64,000 bases of DNA from Gammaproteobacteria bacterium. Its GTDB lineage: Bacteria; Pseudomonadota; Gammaproteobacteria; G965277405. Below are positions 55,925 through 64,000 of this stretch, one piece after another (within the stretch, counting starts at the first letter, position 1; each line of letters starts with the position of its first letter). Below the pieces are notes generated by a model, which worked only from the letters and a program-made list of their open reading frames with translations, did not search any database and was not told where the DNA came from. The stretch is taken from positions 1,847,128 to 1,911,127 of the forward strand of contig OZ255726.1 in assembly GCA_965277405.1 (NCBI GenBank), written 5' to 3'. Made by a program: the position numbers and the translations under genes.

Positions 55925-55998
55925 CTGGGCATGCGTCAGCGGATTGCAATTATCAGCAATTGCACGCAAACTCGCTCACTCAGCGGCTTATGCAAAGG
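55925..55998. repeat. Solo end fragment of the MITE-like element (copy g, B-type end)
   Basis: …GCAATTATCAGCAATTGCACGCAAACTCGCTCACTCAGCGGCTTATGCAAAGGTTCCTTAAAG, about 50 bp upstream of the multicopper oxidase start. Confidence 0.6.
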
Positions 55999-56046
55999 TT
56001 CCTTAAAGCCATTTAGCGCCTAAATTACCATTGAGGAGTAGCCAAG

Positions 56047-57564
56047 ATGCACATCAACCGCCGCAATTCTCTGCTTGGAACAGCCGCTGCTGGCGTGGCG
56101 TTGGCTGGAACGAGGCTTGTTCAGGCTGCCGTCCGTCCGCTGCCGCTGCTGCCGTTAACGGATCTTACTGGCGGTATCGACCGCCGAATTGCACTGGCGC
56201 TGACTGCTGCGGTGCATGACTTCGGCAATGGTGGCGCGAGTGCAACCTATGGAATCAACAACGACTATTTGGGACCTGTATTGCGGGTGAAGCAAGGGCA
56301 GACGCTGCCTTTTGATGTAACCAATGGCACCGAAGACATCAGCACGCTGCACTGGCATGGTCTGCACATCCCAGGTGGCGTGGACGGTGGTCCGCATCAG
56401 CAAATCCTGCCAGGCGACACATGGTCGCCGGATGTAGCGATTGTCCAGCATGCGTCGATGAATTGGTTCCACGCCCACACGCATGGTAAAACTGCCGAGC
56501 AGACCTACAAGGGTCTGGCGGGTGTTATGCTGATTGAAGATGACGCTAGCCTAGCCGCAGATCTGCCTCATAGCTACGGCGTTGATGATTTCACACTGGT
56601 TTTGCAGGACAAGATGTTCAACAGCGCGGGTGAAATGAGCTATGAACTGACAGGCGAGGTGTTTGAGCAAGGTTTTCATGGCAACACATTGGTGGTTAAC
56701 GGCGCAATTGCCCCAGTGACGCAGACCGTTCCAACCGGCCTGGTGCGCCTGCGCCTCCTTAATGCTTGCAATGCAAGATTTTTGACCTTGTCGATGTCCA
56801 CCGGTCCGGTGACCGTGATTGCATCTGATGGCGGCTTCCTTGGCTTGGCTGTGGAGACTGAAACGCTCTTCATGTCACCAGGAGAGCGTTATGAAATTTT
56901 GATCGACATGAATACACTCGAAAGCAACAGCCTGATGGTTGCGCCCTTCGATGATGACGAAGGGCTGTCCGGATTCCTTGAAGACTTATTTGGCAGCATG
57001 GGCACCGAAATGGTGGCTCTCACGCTAACGCGCAGTGGCGATCAAGGCTTTACAGGTTCGATGCCAAACTTGCTTGCCAATCTCTCGGTCCCCAAGCGCG
57101 CTGAAGCGTCTGTCCTCCGCTCCTTCTCACTGAATATGGGAGGCGGCGATGGCAATGGCGACGGGAATACGAATGGGAATGTCGAAGACTTCGCGGCGTT
57201 GGCACGTGCTTGGGGCAATTTCTGCGGTGACGGGGTGATGGGGATTAACGGGCTGCCCATGAACTTGGACCGTATCGATGAACACGTTCGCAAGGGAGAC
57301 ACAGAAATCTGGCGGATCAGCGGTGGTGAGACCCTGCACCCATTTCATGTCCACGGCTGTTCGTTTCGGATCCTCAGCCAGCAAAACGGCACACCGCCGG
57401 CGTATGCACAAGGCTGGAAAGACATGGTCCATGTTGAAAATGGATGGTCCGAGGTGCTTGTCAAATTCAAACATAAGGCAACTGACAGCGCACCGTACAT
57501 GTATCACTGTCATATTCTGGAACATGAGGACTGCGGAATGATGGGGCAATTCACGGTAACATAG
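56047..57564 (+). CDS. cueO: Periplasmic multicopper oxidase CueO-like (Tat-exported)
   Basis: A Tat signal (MHINRRNSLLGTAAAGVALA), CueO-like N-terminus (…LPLLPLTDLTGGIDRRIAL…), the copper ligand motifs HWHG, HPFHVHG and HCHILEHEDCGMM, and the C-terminal …QFTV. It is visibly more G+C-rich than flanking DNA. Confidence 0.9.
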   Translation: MHINRRNSLLGTAAAGVALAGTRLVQAAVRPLPLLPLTDLTGGIDRRIALALTAAVHDFGNGGASATYGINNDYLGPVLRVKQGQTLPFDVTNGTEDISTLHWHGLHIPGGVDGGPHQQILPGDTWSPDVAIVQHASMNWFHAHTHGKTAEQTYKGLAGVMLIEDDASLAADLPHSYGVDDFTLVLQDKMFNSAGEMSYELTGEVFEQGFHGNTLVVNGAIAPVTQTVPTGLVRLRLLNACNARFLTLSMSTGPVTVIASDGGFLGLAVETETLFMSPGERYEILIDMNTLESNSLMVAPFDDDEGLSGFLEDLFGSMGTEMVALTLTRSGDQGFTGSMPNLLANLSVPKRAEASVLRSFSLNMGGGDGNGDGNTNGNVEDFAALARAWGNFCGDGVMGINGLPMNLDRIDEHVRKGDTEIWRISGGETLHPFHVHGCSFRILSQQNGTPPAYAQGWKDMVHVENGWSEVLVKFKHKATDSAPYMYHCHILEHEDCGMMGQFTVT

Positions 57565-57600
57565 CGAATTGGGGCTTGCGTAGGGTGTTGTTAGCGCCGT

Positions 57601-57913
57601 GGAACCTCTGATTAAGTCGCTGATGGAGTGAGTTTGATGGCAATTGCTGATGATTGCAAGGCGCAAACCGCTAAGCGCATGCCAAGCTTATACGCCAAGG
57701 GATGCAACACAGCAAGGTCAGCAATTGCCGCAAAGCATAAGTATATTCAACAGATGGACGGGAAAAAACACTGCGCTACTACAGCTAACGTCGTTGCAGC
57801 ACTTGGCAACACCCACAAGAGTATTATCTGCGCACTGCGTTTAAGTTTCATCGAGCGTTTTTGTCCGTCTCGCCCATCGTGGACTTAAGCAGAGATTCCT
57901 TAGAAGTCATTGA
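57601..57913. mobile_element. MITE-like non-coding element, copy c (~310 bp)
   Basis: GGAACCTCTGATTAAGTCGCTGATGGAGTGAGTTTGATGGCAATTGCTGATGATTGCAAGGCGCAAACC… and …CCGTCTCGCCCATCGTGGACTTAAGCAGAGATTCCTTAG. It shares the architecture of copy b. Confidence 0.75.
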
Positions 57914-57983
57914 CCAGCTGCGGTATTTAAATACAGAGATTACAGCGTGGTTGTCCATGACGACTCACGTTTCATTCCAAATA

Positions 57984-58628
57984 CTAGCAATCTGCGCTGT
58001 TGCTTGAGTTGGGCAGCTGCGTTGCCAGCGGCCATCCACCTAGGTTATGGTAACGATTGATAAGCCAACAAAAGAACTCAGCTGTTTTGGTGGCATCGTA
58101 CAGTGCATTATGCGCTTTATCATTATCAAAGGGGATGTGGCATAACCCACAAATTTTTGCAAGTACCGTATGCCCAACAAAAACACCACCAAGCGTTGCA
58201 GTATCAAAAGTAGTGAACGCATGAAATGGGTTGCGCTTGAATTGATGGCGTTTCGCAGCTTGCATGATGAAGCTCATGTCAAAGGCGGCATTGTGGGCAA
58301 CTAACACGCTGCGGCTGCACTGATGTGCTTTTAGCGCAGCTCGGATTGAACGGAACAGCGAATCAAATACTTCGTATTCGCTGACAGCCATGCGAAATGG
58401 GTGGAATGGCTGGATACCATTAAATGCAAGAGCTTTTTCATCTAATACCATTCCTTCTTCTGGAATGACATGTTCGTGCACAGATTCAGTAATGACTATT
58501 TGCCCAGCTGCGTCGAAGTCGAGCATTACCGCGGCAATCTCTAAGATAGGGTTGTTGCGCGGGTTGAACCCAGCGGTTTCGATATCAATAACGACAGGTA
58601 AAAAGCCGCGAAAACGTTCGTGCATCAT
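57984..58628 (-). CDS. rnt: Ribonuclease T (DEDDh exonuclease)
   Basis: …FLPVVIDIETAGFNPRNNPILEIAAV… is the Exo I motif. About 215 aa from the MMHERF start at 58628. The ORF to 58712 is an upstream extension. Confidence 0.85.
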   Translation of the reverse strand: MMHERFRGFLPVVIDIETAGFNPRNNPILEIAAVMLDFDAAGQIVITESVHEHVIPEEGMVLDEKALAFNGIQPFHPFRMAVSEYEVFDSLFRSIRAALKAHQCSRSVLVAHNAAFDMSFIMQAAKRHQFKRNPFHAFTTFDTATLGGVFVGHTVLAKICGLCHIPFDNDKAHNALYDATKTAEFFCWLINRYHNLGGWPLATQLPNSSNSADC

Positions 58629-59653
58629 ACAACGTTCCAGTCGAGGGTTTTGCCTGCAAGCAACGGAATGATCGTGGTGTTGCCCCAGACTAATCGATGC
58701 GGCACACTCCATTGCTGCTGGCTCAGTGTTAGCGTCCCTCCATTTAATGGCAGACCATAGTAACGCGCGCCAAAAACACTGGTGAAGTCGTTGAGTTTAT
58801 TGAGTGCATTGGCTTGGGCAAAGACCTGAGTATACAGCTGAATTGCGTGCAAACCAGTATAACATCCTGCACAGCCACACGCAGATTCTTTAGCATGCTG
58901 TGGGTGTGGCGCGCTGTCGCTGCCAGCAAAAAAGCATGGCTCACCACTGGTTGCAGCTTGAATGAGCGCGCGTTGGTGGTGGCCGCGTTTTAGAATTGGC
59001 AAGCAATACCAGTGGGGCTGCAACCCGCCTTGAAACAGATCATTTCTATTGCCAAGCAAGTGCTGCGGGGTGATTGTTGCGGCAATATCGTAGCGTTGGC
59101 TATAGTCGCGGATACATGCAACTGATTGTTGGGTGGTAATGTGCTCGAGGACAACCCGCAAGGTTGGGTGGCGCAGCAGCAGCGGTTTGAGGATGCGTTC
59201 AATAAACACTGCTTCGCGGTCAAAAATATCCACACCAGGGTCGTTTACTTCGCCATGGATTAGCAGTGGTAAGCGGGTTGCAGCCATGGCTGAAAACAGG
59301 TGGTCGAGTACTGCGAAATTGTTGATTCCTCCAGCGGAATTCGTTGTTACGCCAGCTGGATATAATTTGATTGCAAACACAGTGTCAGAAGCCGCCGCTG
59401 TATGAATTTCTGCAACAGGCATTAGCTCGTGCAAATACAACGTCATCATTGGCTGGAACGCTTTAGTTGGTAACGCGGCAAGGATGGTGGTGGCGTAGTG
59501 CTCTGCTTGGGCTGTGGTGGTTATAGCTGGCATCAGGTTGGGCATGATGATGGCGCGAGCAAAAACCTTGGCAGTGTCTGCAATGGCAAATGGCAACATT
59601 GCACCATCACGCAGGTGGAGGTGAAAGTCATCTGGGCGGCGAATGGTGATCAT
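58625..59653 (-). CDS. pyrC: Dihydroorotase (class II, E. coli type)
   Basis: …ITIRRPDDFHLHLRDG… is the metal-binding HxH motif, with a length of 342 aa. Confidence 0.9.
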   Translation of the reverse strand: MITIRRPDDFHLHLRDGAMLPFAIADTAKVFARAIIMPNLMPAITTTAQAEHYATTILAALPTKAFQPMMTLYLHELMPVAEIHTAAASDTVFAIKLYPAGVTTNSAGGINNFAVLDHLFSAMAATRLPLLIHGEVNDPGVDIFDREAVFIERILKPLLLRHPTLRVVLEHITTQQSVACIRDYSQRYDIAATITPQHLLGNRNDLFQGGLQPHWYCLPILKRGHHQRALIQAATSGEPCFFAGSDSAPHPQHAKESACGCAGCYTGLHAIQLYTQVFAQANALNKLNDFTSVFGARYYGLPLNGGTLTLSQQQWSVPHRLVWGNTTIIPLLAGKTLDWNVV

Positions 59654-59660
59654 CGCTGCT

Positions 59661-60170
59661 TTATATTCTGGCTTGTATTATTTCATCGATATTCATATGG
59701 TCGTATCGTTCAAAAGGCTGTTGAATCCACGGGTCATTATCGAGTGCTTTGCTGACGAAATCTGGAGTAAATTGGCTGGTTTTTTTGGTCCAAATGACAG
59801 CAGTGCGAATAGCGGTGATTTCGCTATATTTTTTTGGGAGCATTGTAACAATTTTTTGAAAAGTAACCCCAGTGTCGACGAGATCATCTACGAGCAAGAC
59901 ATTGCCATGAATGCTTCCGTCTGGAATACTAATTGCTGGCGCGATTTGTAAGTGACCTTGCAATGTGCCGCCGCCTTCACGGTACGAACGCGCCGCCAGA
60001 ATTGCCAACGGCTTATTAAATATTCTGCTGAGTATATCGCCAGGGCGAAACCCGCCACGAGCTATGCACAGGATTATATCGAATTTCCAGTTTGAATGAT
60101 AGATGAGCGCTGCTAAGTCTTCAGTAAGTTGGCAGTATTGCTCAGTTGTGATGATTAGTTTGTCAGTCAT
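59661..60170 (-). CDS. Phosphoribosyltransferase-family protein (Gpt/XGPRT-like)
   Basis: PRPP-binding motif …VLLVDDLVDTGVTF… and a C-terminal …DPWIQQPFE… resembling the Gpt WIEQPWD segment, 169 aa in all. Confidence 0.55.
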   Translation of the reverse strand: MTDKLIITTEQYCQLTEDLAALIYHSNWKFDIILCIARGGFRPGDILSRIFNKPLAILAARSYREGGGTLQGHLQIAPAISIPDGSIHGNVLLVDDLVDTGVTFQKIVTMLPKKYSEITAIRTAVIWTKKTSQFTPDFVSKALDNDPWIQQPFERYDHMNIDEIIQARI

Positions 60171-60365
60171 ACTTCAATAAAATACACGATGGTATGGTTT
60201 TCATAACGCTACAAAGATGAATATTATAAAAGTTGGCTAAACTAGCGATGTTGTGTAGCTGTTGTCAACGATGAATGCCAGTTTAGTGCATTTCGAATGT
60301 TGGCAGTTGTATTAACGCGACGTAGTATATATGGTGAGATATCTGCACAATTATATAGATAACGA

Positions 60366-61856
60366 ATGGAACTACCAACTGGGCTACATCAATTAGAAAA
60401 ATACACCGCAGACCTTAATATACTCGGCTTTTTGCACGGATTGTATATCAATGGTAGCTATTGCCAAGGCGGGGGGGAAGCCATCCAAACGCTGTATCCG
60501 GCGACGAATGCGCTGCTTACAAGTATTAACAGTGCTAGTAAACAAGATACAGAAGCAGCAATTGCAGCTGCAGCAGCAGCATTTGCTGAGTGGAAGCAGA
60601 CACCAGCTGCTGTCCGTGGTCGAATTTTACGCAATGCTGCAGAAATTTTACGCAGCAAAAATGAGGCTCTCGCCCATCTAGAAACCCTTGATACTGGCAA
60701 GCCAATTGCTGAATCGCTCGTCGTCGATGTTGCCTCTGCAGCAGATTGCTTGGAATTTTTTGGAGGAATTGCAGCGAGCATTCACGGTGAATATATAGAT
60801 CTTGGAACAGCGTTTGGCTATACCCGTCGTGAACCATTAGGTGTGTGCGCAGCAATTGGTGCTTGGAATTACCCGCTGCAAATAGCAGCATGGAAAGCCG
60901 CACCTGCATTGGCATGCGGCAATACGATGGTGTATAAGCCGTCAGAACTCACTCCATTGACTGCTCTGCAGCTCGCCAGTGTGTTGAGTGAGGCAGGGCT
61001 GCCAGATGGAGTATTTAACGTTATTTGTGGTTTTGGAGGAGTCGGTCAGCTGCTCGCGAGTCATCAGAACATTGCTAAAGTATCGTTGACAGGGTCGGTG
61101 GCGACAGGGATACAAGTCATGCAAGCTGCTGCAGCAACATTGAAGCCGGTGACGCTCGAGCTTGGCGGCAAATCACCAATTATCGTGTTTGCAGATGCAG
61201 ATATAGAAAATGCAGTAAAGGCATGTTTGAATGCAAATTTTTATACTCAAGGGGAAATATGCTCAAATGGCACGCGTGTTTTTGTTGAAAATAGCATTGC
61301 GACAGCGTTCATCGCCACTTTAGCCGAACGGGCTCAACAGTTGCGGATTGGTGACCCGCTTGACCCGCATACCCAAATTGGTGCGCAAATATCTGCTGCG
61401 CATTGTCAGAAAGTCATCGATGCGATCGAGCAAGGAAAAAGAGAAGGGGCAAAATTAGTATGCGGTGGCAGCCGAGTTGGCGAGACGTTTGTATCCCCAA
61501 CAATTTTTATCGCGCAAGATCATCATGCAATAGCACAACAAGAAATATTCGGTCCAGTGATGAGTATTCTGGCTTTTGCTAGCGAAGCTGAGGTTATCAG
61601 CCGCGCCAACGCAACTGAATTTGGACTAGCTGCTGGCGTATTTACTCAAGATATAAAGCGTGGACACCGTGTGGTTGCAGCATTAGACGCAGGCACATGT
61701 TGGATCAATAACTACAATATTACCCCAATAGAATTGCCGTTTGGCGGGGTCAAGCTATCAGGAATTGGTAGGGAAAATTCGCTCGCTGCAATCGAACATT
61801 ATACAACTCGAAAGTCTGTATATGTTGAAATGGGTGATGTTGCCAGCGATTATTAA
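60366..61856 (+). CDS. NAD(P)-dependent aldehyde dehydrogenase (betaine-aldehyde dehydrogenase-like)
   Basis: ALDH motifs …VTLELGGKSP… and catalytic …QGEICSNGTR…, with a length of 496 aa. Confidence 0.7.
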   Translation: MELPTGLHQLEKYTADLNILGFLHGLYINGSYCQGGGEAIQTLYPATNALLTSINSASKQDTEAAIAAAAAAFAEWKQTPAAVRGRILRNAAEILRSKNEALAHLETLDTGKPIAESLVVDVASAADCLEFFGGIAASIHGEYIDLGTAFGYTRREPLGVCAAIGAWNYPLQIAAWKAAPALACGNTMVYKPSELTPLTALQLASVLSEAGLPDGVFNVICGFGGVGQLLASHQNIAKVSLTGSVATGIQVMQAAAATLKPVTLELGGKSPIIVFADADIENAVKACLNANFYTQGEICSNGTRVFVENSIATAFIATLAERAQQLRIGDPLDPHTQIGAQISAAHCQKVIDAIEQGKREGAKLVCGGSRVGETFVSPTIFIAQDHHAIAQQEIFGPVMSILAFASEAEVISRANATEFGLAAGVFTQDIKRGHRVVAALDAGTCWINNYNITPIELPFGGVKLSGIGRENSLAAIEHYTTRKSVYVEMGDVASDY

Positions 61857-61861
61857 TTGCT

Positions 61862-63745
61862 ATGTTGCTGGCATTGTATATTAGGGAAGTACTAACGTAT
61901 CTGTTGCGCTGGGCGCTGTGTCTGGCGGTGCTGGTGATGGTTTGTTTGCTGTTTAGGCTAGCTGCAGCTGTATGGCTATACCCACATCCACTCCCAACTG
62001 CTGAAATGGTGTCAGCGCTTATGTTTGGTTTGCGTTTTGATCTGGCGGTTGCTGCATTTTTGTCGTTAGCGCTTATACCATTTATTTATACGCAACGCTT
62101 TCATGGCGTGTGTTTTGTGTTGTTGTCATTGTGTGTGTTGGGGATAATTGCGGTATTCGTTGGAGATATTGCGTATTTTCAAGATACAGGAAAGCACGTT
62201 ACCTATGAAGCACAGCATCTCATGCAAAGTGTGTACCCACTGTTGCAAACGCTGCTTTTCCAACACACGGCTGTGTTTGGTATAGGTGTAGCAATAGCTG
62301 GAGTTGTGTGGTTGGCGTTGTATTGCTTATACCGTTACCGAGCGCAGTTAGCATGGAGACATCAACCCAGCGTACTGGCAATATCGTCATCTTTGCTAGT
62401 GTTGGTTTGCTGCGTGGTAGTGCTGGTAAGGGGTGGATTCATCAACATAGCATTGAAGTCCAACTATGTGTATTATGCAGGGAATGTACATCACGTAAAT
62501 GTAGCCACAAACCCAGTCTACCAACAGATATTCCGTATTATGGAAAGGCTGGTAAAACCTGATGCTGTCGATATTCATGTTGGGTATGCAGGTGATGCGT
62601 ATACAGAGGTTATGAATATATTGCCTGTGCCACAACGCCACGATGCGCTGCCATCTTGGCCACGAGCCAATATCATTGTAGTCTTGTTAGAAAGTTGGCA
62701 TATACGGGTTATTTCTCAGCGGGTGACGCCAAATTTCTTAGCCATTAAGGGCATCCGTGTGCAACGCATGGTCACGGACGCTACCCGCACAACAGAAGGG
62801 TTATTTTCGACGTTTTGTTCGTATGCAAATCCGCTTGGTAGTAGTATTACGGCTGGCGATTTAATGTTCTATGACTATAACTGCCTGCCATCAATCTTGC
62901 GCAACTCTGGCTATTCAAGTGCGTTTATTCAGGGCACACATCGTGATACCAGCGCAGTAGGAGCGGTCAGCAGTAAGCTCGGATTTTCTCATAGTTATGG
63001 TCGAGAAGAGATCCATACCCGCAAATACCCACTGCACGCTTGGGGGTTATACGATCAAGATATTTATAATTTTGCTATCAAAACAATCAGCCGCTTGGCT
63101 GAGCCATTTATTATTGGCATTAATACTAATACAACGCACAATGATGAACTGCTACCACAGCATACACCACTTATAAATGCCACACGCGAGCAACAGGTAT
63201 TTCATTTTGCCGATATCGCTTTAGGAGATTTCTTACGCGATCTCAAAAAATTGGTGCTGCAACGCCCAATGGTCTTGGTATTTGTTGCAGATCATACCAA
63301 AAGCGGCGGCAGTTTGAGTGAGCGGTTTTCCATACCAGTGGTGATTGCATTGCCAGATCATACTAGTACAACATTGCCATTAATTGCCCATCAGCGCGAT
63401 ATTGCCGCGACGTTGTTAGATATACTTGGATTACCAGCAGAGCGTTCGTTTACTGGAGTTTCCTTGTTTAATCCTCAGCATCATTATAGCAATATATACG
63501 CTGATGGCGCGCTAGGCTGGAGTAGCCAGAATTTTGCGATAACCAGCAATGTATTTAATGGTGCTGAGGATTGTTATACGCAGGCATGGTTGGCACAGAT
63601 ACCGTGTGCCCCACCACACGCTGTATTACGCCAGCAAGCAACTGCATTCGTTGCGTATACCCAAGGATTGCTGTACACAGGGAATACTAAACTCTTTGGC
63701 GATCCAATTACTCGCAACCATTACCATGATTTTTATCGTCAATGA
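61862..63745 (+). CDS. LTA-synthase/sulfatase-family membrane protein, paralog 3
   Basis: 627 aa with an N-terminal multi-TM region (…IAYFQDTGKHVTYEAQHL…, paralogous to …VYFAQGQKHISYEIVYF… in paralog 1) and a sulfatase-like catalytic domain (…IIVVLLESWH…, …ADHTKSGG…). Confidence 0.7.
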   Translation: MLLALYIREVLTYLLRWALCLAVLVMVCLLFRLAAAVWLYPHPLPTAEMVSALMFGLRFDLAVAAFLSLALIPFIYTQRFHGVCFVLLSLCVLGIIAVFVGDIAYFQDTGKHVTYEAQHLMQSVYPLLQTLLFQHTAVFGIGVAIAGVVWLALYCLYRYRAQLAWRHQPSVLAISSSLLVLVCCVVVLVRGGFINIALKSNYVYYAGNVHHVNVATNPVYQQIFRIMERLVKPDAVDIHVGYAGDAYTEVMNILPVPQRHDALPSWPRANIIVVLLESWHIRVISQRVTPNFLAIKGIRVQRMVTDATRTTEGLFSTFCSYANPLGSSITAGDLMFYDYNCLPSILRNSGYSSAFIQGTHRDTSAVGAVSSKLGFSHSYGREEIHTRKYPLHAWGLYDQDIYNFAIKTISRLAEPFIIGINTNTTHNDELLPQHTPLINATREQQVFHFADIALGDFLRDLKKLVLQRPMVLVFVADHTKSGGSLSERFSIPVVIALPDHTSTTLPLIAHQRDIAATLLDILGLPAERSFTGVSLFNPQHHYSNIYADGALGWSSQNFAITSNVFNGAEDCYTQAWLAQIPCAPPHAVLRQQATAFVAYTQGLLYTGNTKLFGDPITRNHYHDFYRQ

Positions 63746-64000
63746 ACATTCAATATTTCATGGTATAAAACCAAGCGGTGGACAGCAGTAGTATTGGCAA
63801 TACAACATGGAACGGCTGCGCCCATGGCGCTACATTGGCAACAGTCATACTGAATCCAATAAGTGCTGTAGCACCAATAAGCAACAGTAAATAACCCATA
63901 CAGCGCTGTGCATGGGTGTCCGCTGCCTTTCTTGCTGTATGCAATGACCATACAATCATCAGCCCGAGTATGACCGCCATGGTTTTATGCACGATAAATA

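Noticed and set aside
63750-63992. 80-aa hydrophobic ORF at the window end (minus strand)
   Set aside because: It is too short and featureless to assign, overlaps another ORF of similar size, and may be part of a larger gene continuing beyond the window.

Overview
This is a 64-kb chromosomal window from a Gram-negative (gammaproteobacterium-like) genome of moderate G+C, densely packed with housekeeping genes and carrying several accessory insertions. Gene calls rest on recognisable protein motifs and conserved synteny read directly from the ORF translations; no database search was possible.

Housekeeping content:
- Conserved gene pairs and operons: msrB-msrA, anmK, hscB-hscA, maf, mmsA, umuD-umuC, mutL, pcnB-folK, msbA-lpxK-trm112, thiBPQ with a TPP riboswitch, rluD-pgeF-lpxB, pilD, serS, crcB, coaBC, mnmG, coaD, rnt, pyrC.
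- Three paralogous LTA-synthase/sulfatase-family membrane enzymes are scattered through the window.

Notable content:
1. A complete bufferin-type RiPP operon on the minus strand: a DUF2282 Cys-rich precursor, a DUF692 multinuclear non-heme iron oxidase (MNIO), its DUF2063 partner and DoxX. It abuts, and is probably translationally coupled to, a 7TMR-DISM sensor kinase and a NarL-type regulator.
2. A family of ~230-310 bp non-coding elements sharing terminal inverted repeats (GGAASCTCTGATTAAGTC), resembling miniature inverted-repeat transposable elements (MITEs). There are three full copies and four solo ends. They sit next to the bufferin operon, flank a G+C-rich CueO multicopper oxidase cassette, bound a tandem duplication of Sel1-repeat genes, and supply the 3' end and stop codon of thiQ.
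3. A ~4.3 kb toxin-antitoxin island (ParDE, an orphan ribbon-helix-helix antitoxin, VapBC, an IS5 transposase remnant) bracketed by ~205-215 bp inverted repeats. A second VapBC pair lies elsewhere.
4. A tandem segmental duplication that produced a 305-aa and a 961-aa Sel1-repeat protein with near-identical 108-bp DNA repeats, which is contingency-locus-like.
5. A perfect 48-bp in-frame tandem duplication inside one sulfatase gene.
6. A ~250 bp promoter-region direct repeat flanking that same gene.

No rRNA, tRNA or CRISPR array was found.
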